Of a DNA stretch of 64,000 nt, positions 28,167 through 38,389 are shown piece by piece (positions within the stretch are counted from its first letter, which is position 1; every line of letters starts with the position of its first letter). Below the pieces are notes generated by a model. That model did not search any database. It saw nothing but the letters and a program-made list of their open reading frames with translations, and had not been told where the DNA came from. Source of the DNA: Escherichia phage UB; the sequence record MH383160. One strand, written 5' to 3'. The translations under genes and the position numbers were made by a program.

Positions 28167-28553
28167 TTAGATTGTGTCATACTGTAGTGTTCCGTGACGG
28201 AATTTTTCAAGTCGTGCTAGGACTTCTTTTCGTTCGACAATTTCTGGAACATCTTCTTGTAGTTGATCACAAACTTCAACAATGAAGTCCCAATCACTCT
28301 CACAACTTTGTCGTACCGCCTCAATTGTTTTCCAATCAGTACTGATATCACCATCAGCATTTTGATATACAGGCCAAACTTTTCCATAATCAGCAATGGA
28401 TTTGTCATTTAGAATACGAATGGCATTGAAAATCTGACCAGTACTGAAGTGTTTTGTATTCTTCATATCTTCTAAACAGCATAGCTTTGGTTCACCTTTT
28501 ACTTCAATGAGTAAAACACCACCAATTGCTTTTAGGATTGAACTTGTATTCAT
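28167..28553 (-). CDS. hypothetical protein
   Basis: 128 aa ORF. Confidence 0.5.
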   Translation of the reverse strand: MNTSSILKAIGGVLLIEVKGEPKLCCLEDMKNTKHFSTGQIFNAIRILNDKSIADYGKVWPVYQNADGDISTDWKTIEAVRQSCESDWDFIVEVCDQLQEDVPEIVERKEVLARLEKFRHGTLQYDTI

Positions 28554-28577
28554 CTATATCTCCGTTATCAAAAAAAG

Positions 28578-28616
28578 ATGTGAACATTATATCACAAGAA
28601 TCTAATATGTTCACAT
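28578..28616 (-). terminator. perfect 10-bp inverted repeat (terminator or operator)
   Basis: ATGTGAACAT ... ATGTTCACAT separated by about 19 nt; A7 run on plus strand 5' side; downstream of 28625..28918. Confidence 0.45.
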
Positions 28617-28624
28617 TATTTTCA

Positions 28625-28918
28625 TTAGATTTTAATAATATTGTACCAGTTATCAAAATCCTCAATTGCTAGAATGAACATATTTTCATCATTGAAATCT
28701 AAAATATGTTCATTGTATAGGTAACTAATGTACTTGTTTTTGCATAGTCTAGCATTCATTAGTAACATTTCTACTGCACGTTCATAAGAACAAGGAACAA
28801 GGTATAACTTTGTACCATCTTGGTGAATAATTTCCTCAGCACCATGTGGTATAAAACGTTCTGCTGTATGTGGAATATACGGCTTAGTTTTAAAAATAAT
28901 TTTGAATTTAGTATCCAT
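28625..28918 (-). CDS. hypothetical small protein
   Basis: 97 aa ORF. Confidence 0.45.
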   Translation of the reverse strand: MDTKFKIIFKTKPYIPHTAERFIPHGAEEIIHQDGTKLYLVPCSYERAVEMLLMNARLCKNKYISYLYNEHILDFNDENMFILAIEDFDNWYNIIKI

Positions 28919-28934
28919 ACCAAATCCTCCAGAT

Positions 28935-29789
28935 TTATAATGTTTCTTTTATGTTATGTAACATAGTATTAACTATGCACATCTTACCACCTAACTTGTA
29001 GTAATATTCTAACTTATTAATAATATTACTTTTTAATATATCAAATATTTGATATTCATTTGGATCGAAACTAAGTTCGAATTGGAATGTATATAAATTG
29101 TTAAAGATGTGAACTAATGATGCATCTGGTGATTCCATTGTAACTGTATATTTTTCACGATAACCAGTACTAATCACTACTTCGGATATATCACCTTTCA
29201 TGTATATGTCAATATTGTACATCATTGGTCTGCCTGTGGCAATATCTTTCATGCGAAAGAATGCAGTGCTACGATATACAATGCCTTCTGAAACCTGTTC
29301 TTGTATAGTGATATTTGAAACTTCACTCTCTTGGAATTTGGACTCGAATGAATGAGTGTAATTTGTTTTTTCATTATCCGTGTGCATAGTACATGTGTAT
29401 TTTCCAAAATCATCTCTAGATGTATATGATTTATCACTGCTAGTTTTATAGAACGAAACACCATTGATATGTTGTTCTTTATACATCATCGTGTCATGTG
29501 ATTTGTAGTATGAACAATTAGGTGTTGCAAGAGATTCAAACTTGTTCACATCATGACAGTAAGAAATAGAAGAATCGCTATACATTACTACATCACGAAT
29601 TGCAACTTCTTTTGTAAAACCTTTTTTGACGGAAATTTGAAAGTCATTGTATGGGAAGATTGTATATCCATCGTATGCATCTGATGTACTGATACCAAAT
29701 GGTGTAGTAGAATTCAGAAATTCGTTGATATGTTCAAGTACTGAATACTTTTTAAAATTAAGAAAATCTGAAATGTCTAACATATACAA
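28935..29789 (-). CDS. hypothetical protein
   Basis: 284 aa; track start is a non-ATG codon, probable ATG start about 6 nt downstream preceded by GAGGA RBS. Confidence 0.55.
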   Translation of the reverse strand: MYMLDISDFLNFKKYSVLEHINEFLNSTTPFGISTSDAYDGYTIFPYNDFQISVKKGFTKEVAIRDVVMYSDSSISYCHDVNKFESLATPNCSYYKSHDTMMYKEQHINGVSFYKTSSDKSYTSRDDFGKYTCTMHTDNEKTNYTHSFESKFQESEVSNITIQEQVSEGIVYRSTAFFRMKDIATGRPMMYNIDIYMKGDISEVVISTGYREKYTVTMESPDASLVHIFNNLYTFQFELSFDPNEYQIFDILKSNIINKLEYYYKLGGKMCIVNTMLHNIKETL

Positions 29790-29814
29790 TCCTCATAAAT
29801 TTAGACAAAAAATT

Positions 29815-29835
29815 AGTCGAGAATAAATCTCGACT
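29815..29835. terminator. hairpin, possible bidirectional terminator
   Basis: AGTCGAGA-ATAAA-TCTCGACT 8-bp stem flanked by A-run upstream and T-rich run downstream. Confidence 0.45.
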
Positions 29836-29946
29836 TGTGTTTTACTTTACCATTTTTCATTTCTTTTTTACGATCCACATGTGTCTGTGGCTTGTTAAAC
29901 TCATTCATGTGTTTCTGTACGAAATTGTTTACTTTCTTAGCCATAC

Positions 29947-30420
29947 TTACTCCAAACTGGGATCTTTAACTGTTAGACTTTCTATGTCACTCGCATAAAG
30001 AACTACATTGGATTGATTTTCAGATACTTTAAAGTCGTGATAACTGTCTTTTACAATAAAATTATCTAATATAAACCCTTTACTACAGCACATCATAATT
30101 TTATCATCTTTGATTGTGTAGGTGTTTTTCTTTTTACGTACTTCAGATTGTGGCGTAATACTATCGTTATTACGAATAACACAATCAATATATTGTTCAT
30201 TTGTACTCATAGGCATACCCATGATAAACGAGTTTTCAGTACTGATTGTTAGTATAAAAACGTTAGTATTTGGGTTGTGAAAAAAATCATGCATTGTCTT
30301 GCTACACAAAAATAGACATTGAATAATGTCCTTCACATTAAACATTATATCATGAACTTTGAATGCGTCCAACTCTAAAATGTCATCAATTTTCCCATTT
30401 TCAACAGTTTTAATCTCCAT
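29947..30420 (-). CDS. hypothetical protein (array, no clear motif)
   Basis: 157 aa ORF; ATG start confirmed by reverse-complement reading (MEIKTV). Confidence 0.5.
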   Translation of the reverse strand: MEIKTVENGKIDDILELDAFKVHDIMFNVKDIIQCLFLCSKTMHDFFHNPNTNVFILTISTENSFIMGMPMSTNEQYIDCVIRNNDSITPQSEVRKKKNTYTIKDDKIMMCCSKGFILDNFIVKDSYHDFKVSENQSNVVLYASDIESLTVKDPSLE

Positions 30421-30462
30421 GATCTATCCTTGATCTTCTAATGCACTCCATGTGCGTTTTTA

Positions 30463-30960
30463 TTAAGTCACTGCATTATACTTCTCTATAGCATTAGTAA
30501 TATTTAATATAGCTTCAGGAACCATTTCTTTATTGTATTCACGTTTTAAATTTTCCATTTTCTTAATAATTTCCAAGAAAAATGGCAAAATACATGAAGT
30601 ATCTGTAAAATTACATGAGTACAAAGTACTCATTTGAAATAATTCACCTGAATCAATATTAAGAGTATTGTATTCCTTAACAATGTTTTCGTTTGAATTG
30701 AAAATGTGAAATACTGTTCCCATGTGATGAAGATATACACCATTCTCATTTTGAATATTGCATGGTGTGATTACAATAGCAGTGTTGTCAATATTATTTA
30801 CTATTGATAAACGCAGACTATGTAAACCAAAAATAACAGTGCAATCACTTGAACTGCTTTGAATTTGGTCAGCAGTTTGTGTAACACTTGTAATATTTTC
30901 TCCATCAAGACAACTCTTGATTTTATCAAATGAATTTTTCATTGATTTAGTTAGATACAT
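30463..30960 (-). CDS. family A protein
   Basis: 165 aa; motif GELFQMSTLY. Confidence 0.55.
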   Translation of the reverse strand: MYLTKSMKNSFDKIKSCLDGENITSVTQTADQIQSSSSDCTVIFGLHSLRLSIVNNIDNTAIVITPCNIQNENGVYLHHMGTVFHIFNSNENIVKEYNTLNIDSGELFQMSTLYSCNFTDTSCILPFFLEIIKKMENLKREYNKEMVPEAILNITNAIEKYNAVT

Positions 30961-31364
30961 TTATGAACACCTTCGAAATATTTGATTAATGATTTTATCA
31001 TATCGCTACTAATGCCATGTAAGTCAACACCTAAACACTCGTATTGAAAAAAATCAATATCCTCCAGCGTGTTTAGATCAATTTCCACCTTATCATGACC
31101 CAACGAATTCATAATAACGTTTTTATCATTAATTGTCAAGAAAGTTTTATTACTTGAACCTAAAAAGATTTTAACATGTTTATTTGGCATTGCATCATAA
31201 GACAACGATTGTGAACCATAAATGTATGTACCTTCCATCGAACCAGTATCTATAAAGTATAGACGAATCCCTTTATGGTATTTTGACTCCTTAGTGATCG
31301 CCTCTATTAGTTCATCTGTGGTTGTTAACCTTGTTTCTTTCTTCTCTAAATTGCTCAAATGCAT
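30951..31364 (-). CDS. family A protein (variant motif)
   Basis: 137 aa; DIDFFQYECLG. Confidence 0.5.
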   Translation of the reverse strand: MHLSNLEKKETRLTTTDELIEAITKESKYHKGIRLYFIDTGSMEGTYIYGSQSLSYDAMPNKHVKIFLGSSNKTFLTINDKNVIMNSLGHDKVEIDLNTLEDIDFFQYECLGVDLHGISSDMIKSLIKYFEGVHKCI

Positions 31365-31785
31365 AAAATAATACCTTGATCATTTGTAATGTTTCCGACA
31401 TTACATCAGCAGAAAATTGAACATCAGTGTATTTTACCATAGTACTTTGAGTAAAGAAAGTAGCTTCAATATCTTCAAGGTCAAATGGCTCATCAAATAA
31501 ATTAGTACTGAACATATCAGTTTTTTTCTTATAAGTCAACATAAACTTAGCACTGTATCTCAATACAATTTCATCTTTACTTACTAAAATTCGTGCAATG
31601 TTCTGTCTACCCAGTGTTGTAATGTTAACATTAAACGTATTCTTTCGTGCCTCAACAATATCAACGAAATAACCATCACCTTGGTAAACGTTATGACGAA
31701 CTTCTAATCCTTGTTGAACTGTATTGAACAGTGCGTCCTGGATAAAATAATTTGCAGTATCGATGTTTCCTAAAATATCTAACAT
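31312..31785 (-). CDS. family A protein (variant motif)
   Basis: 157 aa; ATFFTQSTMV. Confidence 0.45.
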   Translation of the reverse strand: MLDILGNIDTANYFIQDALFNTVQQGLEVRHNVYQGDGYFVDIVEARKNTFNVNITTLGRQNIARILVSKDEIVLRYSAKFMLTYKKKTDMFSTNLFDEPFDLEDIEATFFTQSTMVKYTDVQFSADVMSETLQMIKVLFYAFEQFREERNKVNNHR

Positions 31786-32315
31786 AACTTCTCCTTTATA
31801 GCTGTCATATTTAGAAGAAATTCAGTAAGCAATTCCTCCGTAACATGCTCTGTATACCAGAATATCACAATATCTTTTGAAAGTCGTGTATTCATAAAAA
31901 TATCTACTAACTCTTTGTAGTACTCTAGCGTTTCGAGATTTGTGAGAATTAACGAGTACTGAAAGAGTAATTCTTCCGTTAGATTAAATTCTGGATAAAG
32001 TAAATCATTGAACTCATGTGATGCAGTTTGAACTTTAATTTCTTTGAAGTTATTGGTTATACAACCGGAATAAATATTTCGGTGCAACTCTCTGTACAAC
32101 GCAGCATAATCTATGAATTTTGCTTTAGGGTTAAAATCAAGAACACTTTCACCTTTATATGACAATCGGTGGAACGCCGAGAACATAGTCACTTCCCACG
32201 GTTGCTTAATATCTAGCTCAGTAATATCAATATTATTGGACAGAAGAACCGTAAAAATCTCACCAATCTTTAATAGTAACTTAGTACGTGCTAGTACTGT
32301 CATAGGTTCAATCAT
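31779..32315 (-). CDS. family A protein
   Basis: 178 aa; EELLFQYSLIL. Confidence 0.55.
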   Translation of the reverse strand: MIEPMTVLARTKLLLKIGEIFTVLLSNNIDITELDIKQPWEVTMFSAFHRLSYKGESVLDFNPKAKFIDYAALYRELHRNIYSGCITNNFKEIKVQTASHEFNDLLYPEFNLTEELLFQYSLILTNLETLEYYKELVDIFMNTRLSKDIVIFWYTEHVTEELLTEFLLNMTAIKEKLC

Positions 32316-32728
32316 TATACACCTTCATATTCATCAAGGAAATCTTCGATGATCATTTCAGCTTCATCCATATGCATCGCATCAACTTCAATAATACGAA
32401 TTTTAGATGTATCCCAAATCATAAAGCTAGGAACATTGTCTGGCTCGTAATCATTTTTGTACTGAACAGCATCATAACCTTGAGCCGTGCAATTCTCAAT
32501 AAGTGAACGCCACTCATCATCACTGCCTAAATCTTCACACAGAAGCACGTTATCAACATCAACTTCTAAGGTATGCAAGTATACTGTACATGCGTCAACA
32601 ACGTTTAGTGGGCTTCTCAGCTTGCGTAAGGCAGCTTCCAAAGCACTGTGTTTACCTCCCATATGAAGTCCACCATACGGGATATAAAAGTTATCAATTT
32701 TTACAGTACTCGCATGATACAGTTTCAT
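32315..32728 (-). CDS. hypothetical protein (array, no motif)
   Basis: 137 aa ORF. Confidence 0.5.
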   Translation of the reverse strand: MKLYHASTVKIDNFYIPYGGLHMGGKHSALEAALRKLRSPLNVVDACTVYLHTLEVDVDNVLLCEDLGSDDEWRSLIENCTAQGYDAVQYKNDYEPDNVPSFMIWDTSKIRIIEVDAMHMDEAEMIIEDFLDEYEGV

Positions 32729-32737
32729 ATTTCATTC

Positions 32738-33322
32738 CTATTTCAGTACTTTAGTCAATGCTTTCACAGCGGTTTCGAGTTGAGCATAGTCGTTAATTGT
32801 AAGGTAATGAATACCATGTGCATTCATTTCAGCATCTATTTTACTATATAAATCAAACATGTCAAGGATATGATTGTATGCATATGAAGTATTTGAAACA
32901 CACAATTCTTGGAACAAACGTTCTTCCAAGTCATTCACAACTTCACCATGAATGTCAAGTACTACACCATCTTTGTAAGTATAGTATTCTTCACTCCACT
33001 CTTCAGAAAGTCGGAACAGTAACGGATTCCCGCCGAACACTTCCATGTCATAGGAATTTATCTCACTAAGTAGTGTTTCACCTGGTTCTGGTGTGAAGTC
33101 GAAATATGCGAGTGTTGAACCATCATAGTCCTTGAGTGATATACCAGTATGATTTAAGCTTACTTCACCATAATTATTATTCTTGAACTTAATTTTGATA
33201 TTAATCTCAATGTATTTTATTGTCTCATCATCACTGAAATTGTAATCAATTTTATACTTTTCCCAAAGAAGTTTGATATCTTTGAAGTACTTTAATTTAC
33301 TTTCAATTTCTTTAAAGTCCAT
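32738..33322 (-). CDS. family A protein
   Basis: 194 aa; EERLFQELCV. Confidence 0.55.
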   Translation of the reverse strand: MDFKEIESKLKYFKDIKLLWEKYKIDYNFSDDETIKYIEINIKIKFKNNNYGEVSLNHTGISLKDYDGSTLAYFDFTPEPGETLLSEINSYDMEVFGGNPLLFRLSEEWSEEYYTYKDGVVLDIHGEVVNDLEERLFQELCVSNTSYAYNHILDMFDLYSKIDAEMNAHGIHYLTINDYAQLETAVKALTKVLK

Positions 33323-33914
33323 CTGGAACCACCATTTCTTGAATGTGCTTACATTTTATATTTCCCATATTAGTATGCAATATAAGGGTGTGATTACGCA
33401 ATGATTTTACTTTATAGCACTCATTGAGTACTGAAATAATTCCCCATAACTCTTCTACACTAATAGTGATAGGTTCACTTGTACTCAGTTGCATTAGTGC
33501 TGCTTCAACATCATCTTTGTTATTAATAGTGAACTGAATTCCTCTTTTGAGAATTTTAGTTTTTGGATTGTATTCAGCTAATACATCACCTTCTGGATAA
33601 CCCTCATGAAGTAATAATGTTGTTTCAAAATCACCGCAGTTGAAGTTAATTTCATCATAATCAGGTACACAAATGTTTCCTTCCCCGTACTCATTAGGTT
33701 CAGATTCTAGTGTTAAAATACGCTGAGTCTCATTGCTCAGGATGATAGAATCATTCCAGTACTGGGTAGTGAATGCTCTACGTTTCTTTTGAAAGCACAT
33801 ACTCGACATTGACCCATACTTCTTGTATATGGACTTCTTGAACTCAATAGCAGCAGGAGCCACCTTGATAACTTCACGAATTAAGTCAATAGCTTCTTGA
33901 TAACTTTTTCTCAT
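33312..33914 (-). CDS. hypothetical protein (array)
   Basis: 200 aa ORF; motif not evident. Confidence 0.5.
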   Translation of the reverse strand: MRKSYQEAIDLIREVIKVAPAAIEFKKSIYKKYGSMSSMCFQKKRRAFTTQYWNDSIILSNETQRILTLESEPNEYGEGNICVPDYDEINFNCGDFETTLLLHEGYPEGDVLAEYNPKTKILKRGIQFTINNKDDVEAALMQLSTSEPITISVEELWGIISVLNECYKVKSLRNHTLILHTNMGNIKCKHIQEMVVPDGL

Positions 33915-34462
33915 TTATCGTATCCATATAAAATATGATCTAGTGTACTTTGGACTTCTTCATGAAAGAATGAAGGGTAAACTTGTATTAATTTATCTTT
34001 AAGTTCAAGGGAATGGCATAGTTCTAATGTTTTGTAACAATCCTCGTACTGTGCCAGTACATGCAATGTACTTAACTGAAAATGTTGTTCTTCGGAGTAC
34101 AATAAATCATAAACCATATTATCGGATAAAAGATTAGATTTGATTGAAGGATCAAGTACTGTCTGATGGTGACCAACCCAAAAGATAGCTTTGGAGTTAA
34201 TGTTATTACAACCCCATCCTTTCCCCATCTTTTGGTGAATAGCAAATACACAGGAATCATACAAATTAATGTTCAGACGTTCTTCGTCTGCATGGATAGT
34301 TACACCATCAATAGATAGTGTATATTTGAAATCCATAGCCCCCTCACTTCGTGCACGGGAACTAAAGACGAGATATCGATGAATTATGGTATTGATTTTA
34401 TCTGCCCATCCTTCAACACATTTGGATGCACATAATGTAAAAAGATCATGATTGTAGTTCAT
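33911..34462 (-). CDS. family A protein
   Basis: 183 aa; EEQHFQLSTLH. Confidence 0.55.
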   Translation of the reverse strand: MNYNHDLFTLCASKCVEGWADKINTIIHRYLVFSSRARSEGAMDFKYTLSIDGVTIHADEERLNINLYDSCVFAIHQKMGKGWGCNNINSKAIFWVGHHQTVLDPSIKSNLLSDNMVYDLLYSEEQHFQLSTLHVLAQYEDCYKTLELCHSLELKDKLIQVYPSFFHEEVQSTLDHILYGYDK

Positions 34463-34523
34463 AAAATTCTCCTTGAGAACAATGTATCATACAAAAAAAC
34501 CAGAGTCAACCCCTGGTACAAAT

Positions 34524-35105
34524 TTAATCCATCATAAGTGGGATGATTGCCCATATCTTTTTCATAATCATATCTTCAGTAAAAACAAATGTTTTAGGAG
34601 CAGTATATGATATTGACACACCAAATGGAAGTTTGATTGCATCATCAATTATATTATGAATATCAAACCATGTTTTAACATAATCATATGGTGGAAGTTC
34701 ATGAATTGTACTTAACTGAAAGTAATGTTCTTCACCAAAATCATTATATTCAATTTCACAAATTTTAGTGAATTGTTGATTCCATTTAGATATAATACTA
34801 TTTTTATTATTGTACATAGTAGTTCTATGCATAAAACCATTTTTGCTAGTATGATTTGATATTATGTTTTCTTCAATGTCAGTATCTATTTTAAAATTCA
34901 TATCAAAGTTGTAGTACGGACTCGAAGATTCTTTGAATTTTAAATGTAAATTGCGATTGTTATTAATTTCAATTTCAATACAAAACACATCTGAATCAAA
35001 ACGATTAAACTTGTAATCGTTATCTTCCGGTAGATTCTGTATTTTTTTCATAATACTAAGCATAGGGTGTACTACACTTTTAATAAAATCATTTGTTATT
35101 TTCAT
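34524..35105 (-). CDS. family A protein
   Basis: 193 aa; EEHYFQLSTIH. Confidence 0.55.
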   Translation of the reverse strand: MKITNDFIKSVVHPMLSIMKKIQNLPEDNDYKFNRFDSDVFCIEIEINNNRNLHLKFKESSSPYYNFDMNFKIDTDIEENIISNHTSKNGFMHRTTMYNNKNSIISKWNQQFTKICEIEYNDFGEEHYFQLSTIHELPPYDYVKTWFDIHNIIDDAIKLPFGVSISYTAPKTFVFTEDMIMKKIWAIIPLMMD

Positions 35106-35598
35106 AGTATTCCTTTAGAACTTTATATGATTCAACAATACTATCTTGTGTATAATTTGAACTATATACAACAGCACTTGTTTTAGTTGACCATAGATAT
35201 GACATAAAGGTTATAACACTACTACATGGACTTAATGTATTGTTTTGAAATTCAATTTCTTCAATGTTATCAGTACTGGTATAGATGAATTGGAAAGTAT
35301 CTCGTTTCTGATTCGATACCGAAACTAAAGTGCAATCAGTATAAGGGTTGTATATAAATGTCTCATTACTAATTGAACTATCATTAGTATATGAAGGTTT
35401 GGGAATATAAATCAAACGCATGATATCACGTTCAAGACCTGACTTATTACTTTCCACCAAAGAAATCATATCTATAATTGTCATATGTTCAACACTGACA
35501 TGGAACTTTTTGTTTAGAATTACATCTTTTGGAGAATTTTTATATGAAGACAAAATCTCATACATCTCAACCAATTCGCGTGCATTTAATAAACTCAT
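35089..35598 (-). CDS. hypothetical protein (array)
   Basis: 169 aa ORF; motif not evident. Confidence 0.5.
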   Translation of the reverse strand: MSLLNARELVEMYEILSSYKNSPKDVILNKKFHVSVEHMTIIDMISLVESNKSGLERDIMRLIYIPKPSYTNDSSISNETFIYNPYTDCTLVSVSNQKRDTFQFIYTSTDNIEEIEFQNNTLSPCSSVITFMSYLWSTKTSAVVYSSNYTQDSIVESYKVLKEYYENNK

Positions 35599-36023
35599 AT
35601 TTTGTCTCTTAATGAAAGAATATCCTTAGTATAAACTGAAACAGAAATATGATTATATTTCATCATTAATTTATACACATAAGAAGCTAGTACTAAATCG
35701 TAAATTAATTTAGTATTATATAGTACTTGGTATTGTAACGCAAGTGAATCAATATCATCTTTACTTTCAATATCCAGAAATGTACCAAAAATTGTAGTAC
35801 CGTAGAGATGAAAAGTGGAATTAATGCAATCAATGCATTCATTGTCCAACAGAGTAGATGATGATGCCCTCGGTGAATCCCAAATAGTCACTGCGTGTAT
35901 GCCCTCAACGAACAAATCTATCCATATTTTGTGTCGTTGTCTTTTTTTTGTTTTATAATTTTCTGGATTTGAAAGTGTAGTTTCAATTATATCCCATATG
36001 TACAAACAATCATCTCTTGTCAT
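35595..36023 (-). CDS. hypothetical protein (array)
   Basis: 142 aa ORF; degenerate LALQYQVLY. Confidence 0.45.
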   Translation of the reverse strand: MTRDDCLYIWDIIETTLSNPENYKTKKRQRHKIWIDLFVEGIHAVTIWDSPRASSSTLLDNECIDCINSTFHLYGTTIFGTFLDIESKDDIDSLALQYQVLYNTKLIYDLVLASYVYKLMMKYNHISVSVYTKDILSLRDKI

Positions 36024-36601
36024 TATAGCACCTTATCCATTGCTGCATTTAATGCTTTTAAACGATCTACATTCAAATTATTGAAGATGTATGTTCCTAA
36101 CATGTGGAAATCGAACTGGTACTTTTTGTATTCATGATAAATTAAACTACAAAAAATAACAGTACTAAGAACCTCTTCAGGTATAACAGTGCTCATCTGG
36201 AACAGTTCTTCTTCAACTGTACTTGATTCTGGATTGATAGATTTTAACACATACTCTTCATCACCGAATAGTACTTTAATATTATATAAAACACCAATAG
36301 TACTAATATGGAATGGGTGGTGTGAAAAACTTCCATCATCCTTAATTTGTATATCGGTTCTAATCTCACACTCTTGATTACTTTTATTTTTATTTTTTAC
36401 AATACAAATATTTCTAGCCCCAGAAATAGTAAGAATACCGTGATCGTAATATTCATTGGACCAACATTTAGATGAAATTGCTACATCACGGATGAGGTAT
36501 TGTTTTTCAATTTCTTTCGCACTACTAACAATTGATAACATTTTTGTACTGATATCATATAATAACTGATGGCGTTCTGTCATATAACTATAAGCGTTCA
36601 T
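36023..36601 (-). CDS. family A protein
   Basis: 192 aa; EEELFQMSTVI. Confidence 0.55.
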   Translation of the reverse strand: MNAYSYMTERHQLLYDISTKMLSIVSSAKEIEKQYLIRDVAISSKCWSNEYYDHGILTISGARNICIVKNKNKSNQECEIRTDIQIKDDGSFSHHPFHISTIGVLYNIKVLFGDEEYVLKSINPESSTVEEELFQMSTVIPEEVLSTVIFCSLIYHEYKKYQFDFHMLGTYIFNNLNVDRLKALNAAMDKVL

Positions 36602-37172
36602 ATTTTTCCTTAACCGATTCTATATTTTGAAGTAGTGTATTCAGAACATCAGTCTTGTAATTGATAAAATCATTGTACATAACTAGTTCACCACAATCAA
36701 GAACTTTTGCAGTATCGTAACAAAGCATTAAGTACTCGAATTCTTTGTAATTGTCCAACAATGATTTCTGGAAAATGAATGCATCTCGAATATCTTCACT
36801 TTGGTCTAATTCTGGTGGAACATCCAACCCAATAAAACCATCATCTTCACTGAAATCAGATTCTACAATTTTATTCATTTTTTCATGTAATGCATTCGCA
36901 AATACCATATTAGAAGAAATAGAACCAATACGTTCACGATTTCTGGATGTGCGAATGTACATAGTAATCGTATCCCATGAACTTTTAATTTTTTTAGAAA
37001 ATTCATAAGTTTTATATACATCCAACTGAACTGATCCAAAACGATGTTTGGATTTGTTTTCAATTTTCAGTCGATAATCATCAAATTCAACAATTTCTGT
37101 AATGTCATGAATCTCTGAAAGTTCTGCAATGTCATGCATGAGTCTCAAAATTTTAGTTCTGATATGGTTCAT
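36588..37172 (-). CDS. family A protein
   Basis: 194 aa; DAFIFQKSLL. Confidence 0.55.
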   Translation of the reverse strand: MNHIRTKILRLMHDIAELSEIHDITEIVEFDDYRLKIENKSKHRFGSVQLDVYKTYEFSKKIKSSWDTITMYIRTSRNRERIGSISSNMVFANALHEKMNKIVESDFSEDDGFIGLDVPPELDQSEDIRDAFIFQKSLLDNYKEFEYLMLCYDTAKVLDCGELVMYNDFINYKTDVLNTLLQNIESVKEKYERL

Positions 37173-37735
37173 TGTGCATCCTCGAATTTAACAGGTACAT
37201 GTTCATTAATGAAATTCTTAAGAGCCTGTACTAAATCCTCTAATTCTTTTGTACTGTATTTTAAAATAGTTTTAAAGTGAATCAAATCTTTTCTTTCCAT
37301 GATCTTTGGAATTTTATATGCTAACTCTAAACAGCGTACAGTACTGGCATCATACAAAAGGTTTGCGTTGAACATTAGCACATTGTATTCATCAGATGAA
37401 ATTTTATAATTATATGTATCAATCACTTCATGTGTGTATAAATTCTTATACACAATTTTATTCTCACTGAAGTTTGAGCAAACACACAGATAATCGTTGT
37501 AAAATGAAGAACGATAATCTTGTTTACGTTGTACATCTGCTATGATTTGTAATACTGTATATTTTTCTTCAGAATCCAACTCAATGTTAGCATAACTGCT
37601 CGCAGTTTCAGATACAAGGATATTGATGTTATATTTCTCATTAACTTTAATGTACTGGCGTGAACCAGTATCAGGAATGAACTTAAAACAATGCTTCAGA
37701 AGTAAGGTAACTTCTTTAATTAATTCAGTACTCAT
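37169..37735 (-). CDS. hypothetical protein (array)
   Basis: 188 aa ORF; degenerate motif. Confidence 0.5.
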   Translation of the reverse strand: MSTELIKEVTLLLKHCFKFIPDTGSRQYIKVNEKYNINILVSETASSYANIELDSEEKYTVLQIIADVQRKQDYRSSFYNDYLCVCSNFSENKIVYKNLYTHEVIDTYNYKISSDEYNVLMFNANLLYDASTVRCLELAYKIPKIMERKDLIHFKTILKYSTKELEDLVQALKNFINEHVPVKFEDAQ

Positions 37736-37822
37736 ATCTTCTCCTGTCCTCTATTAAAAGCGATTATAACACATCTAAATGCTACTGTAAAGACATAAAC
37801 ACAAAAAGACCCATAAGGGTCT

Positions 37823-38389
37823 TTATTTTGGTAAAACACTGTCAATGTACGCTAGAGCTTCATCTCCGAGGTACGTTCCATCTATTGTTATGTAATAGTT
37901 CATGGGAATATCACACCCAACCTTCTCATAAATTTTCATACATGATATCACATCTTCATCACAAATGGTACTCAATTGAAAAAGTACTTCATCAGTTAAA
38001 GGTACGATATCATGTTTAGATATAGGATTGGTATTTTCATTTAAAACAATATCAAACAAGTTGGGAGTATTCTTTGACGAAATGTAACGATGCTTACTAC
38101 GAATTACCATTCTCGATAGTGAAATACTGGAACTCCATCTTGGATCAACATCTTCATATGATAACGATATTAACATCTCGTGAAAATCTTGGAATTTCAT
38201 TGATGCATAATATGTTTTTTCCTCACCGTACATTCCAAATGATTTGAATTCAATGTCACCTATATTGTGTGTATCACTGGCACTATTCACGAAATTTAAC
38301 AGACTATTGATTAGTCTGATTAGAATATCATCTTTATCCATTCTTAAATAACTCCAAGTGCATGTCGTATAAATCTCTGAAGTCTTCAT
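37823..38389 (-). CDS. family A protein
   Basis: 188 aa; DEVLFQLSTIC. Confidence 0.55.
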   Translation of the reverse strand: MKTSEIYTTCTWSYLRMDKDDILIRLINSLLNFVNSASDTHNIGDIEFKSFGMYGEEKTYYASMKFQDFHEMLISLSYEDVDPRWSSSISLSRMVIRSKHRYISSKNTPNLFDIVLNENTNPISKHDIVPLTDEVLFQLSTICDEDVISCMKIYEKVGCDIPMNYYITIDGTYLGDEALAYIDSVLPK

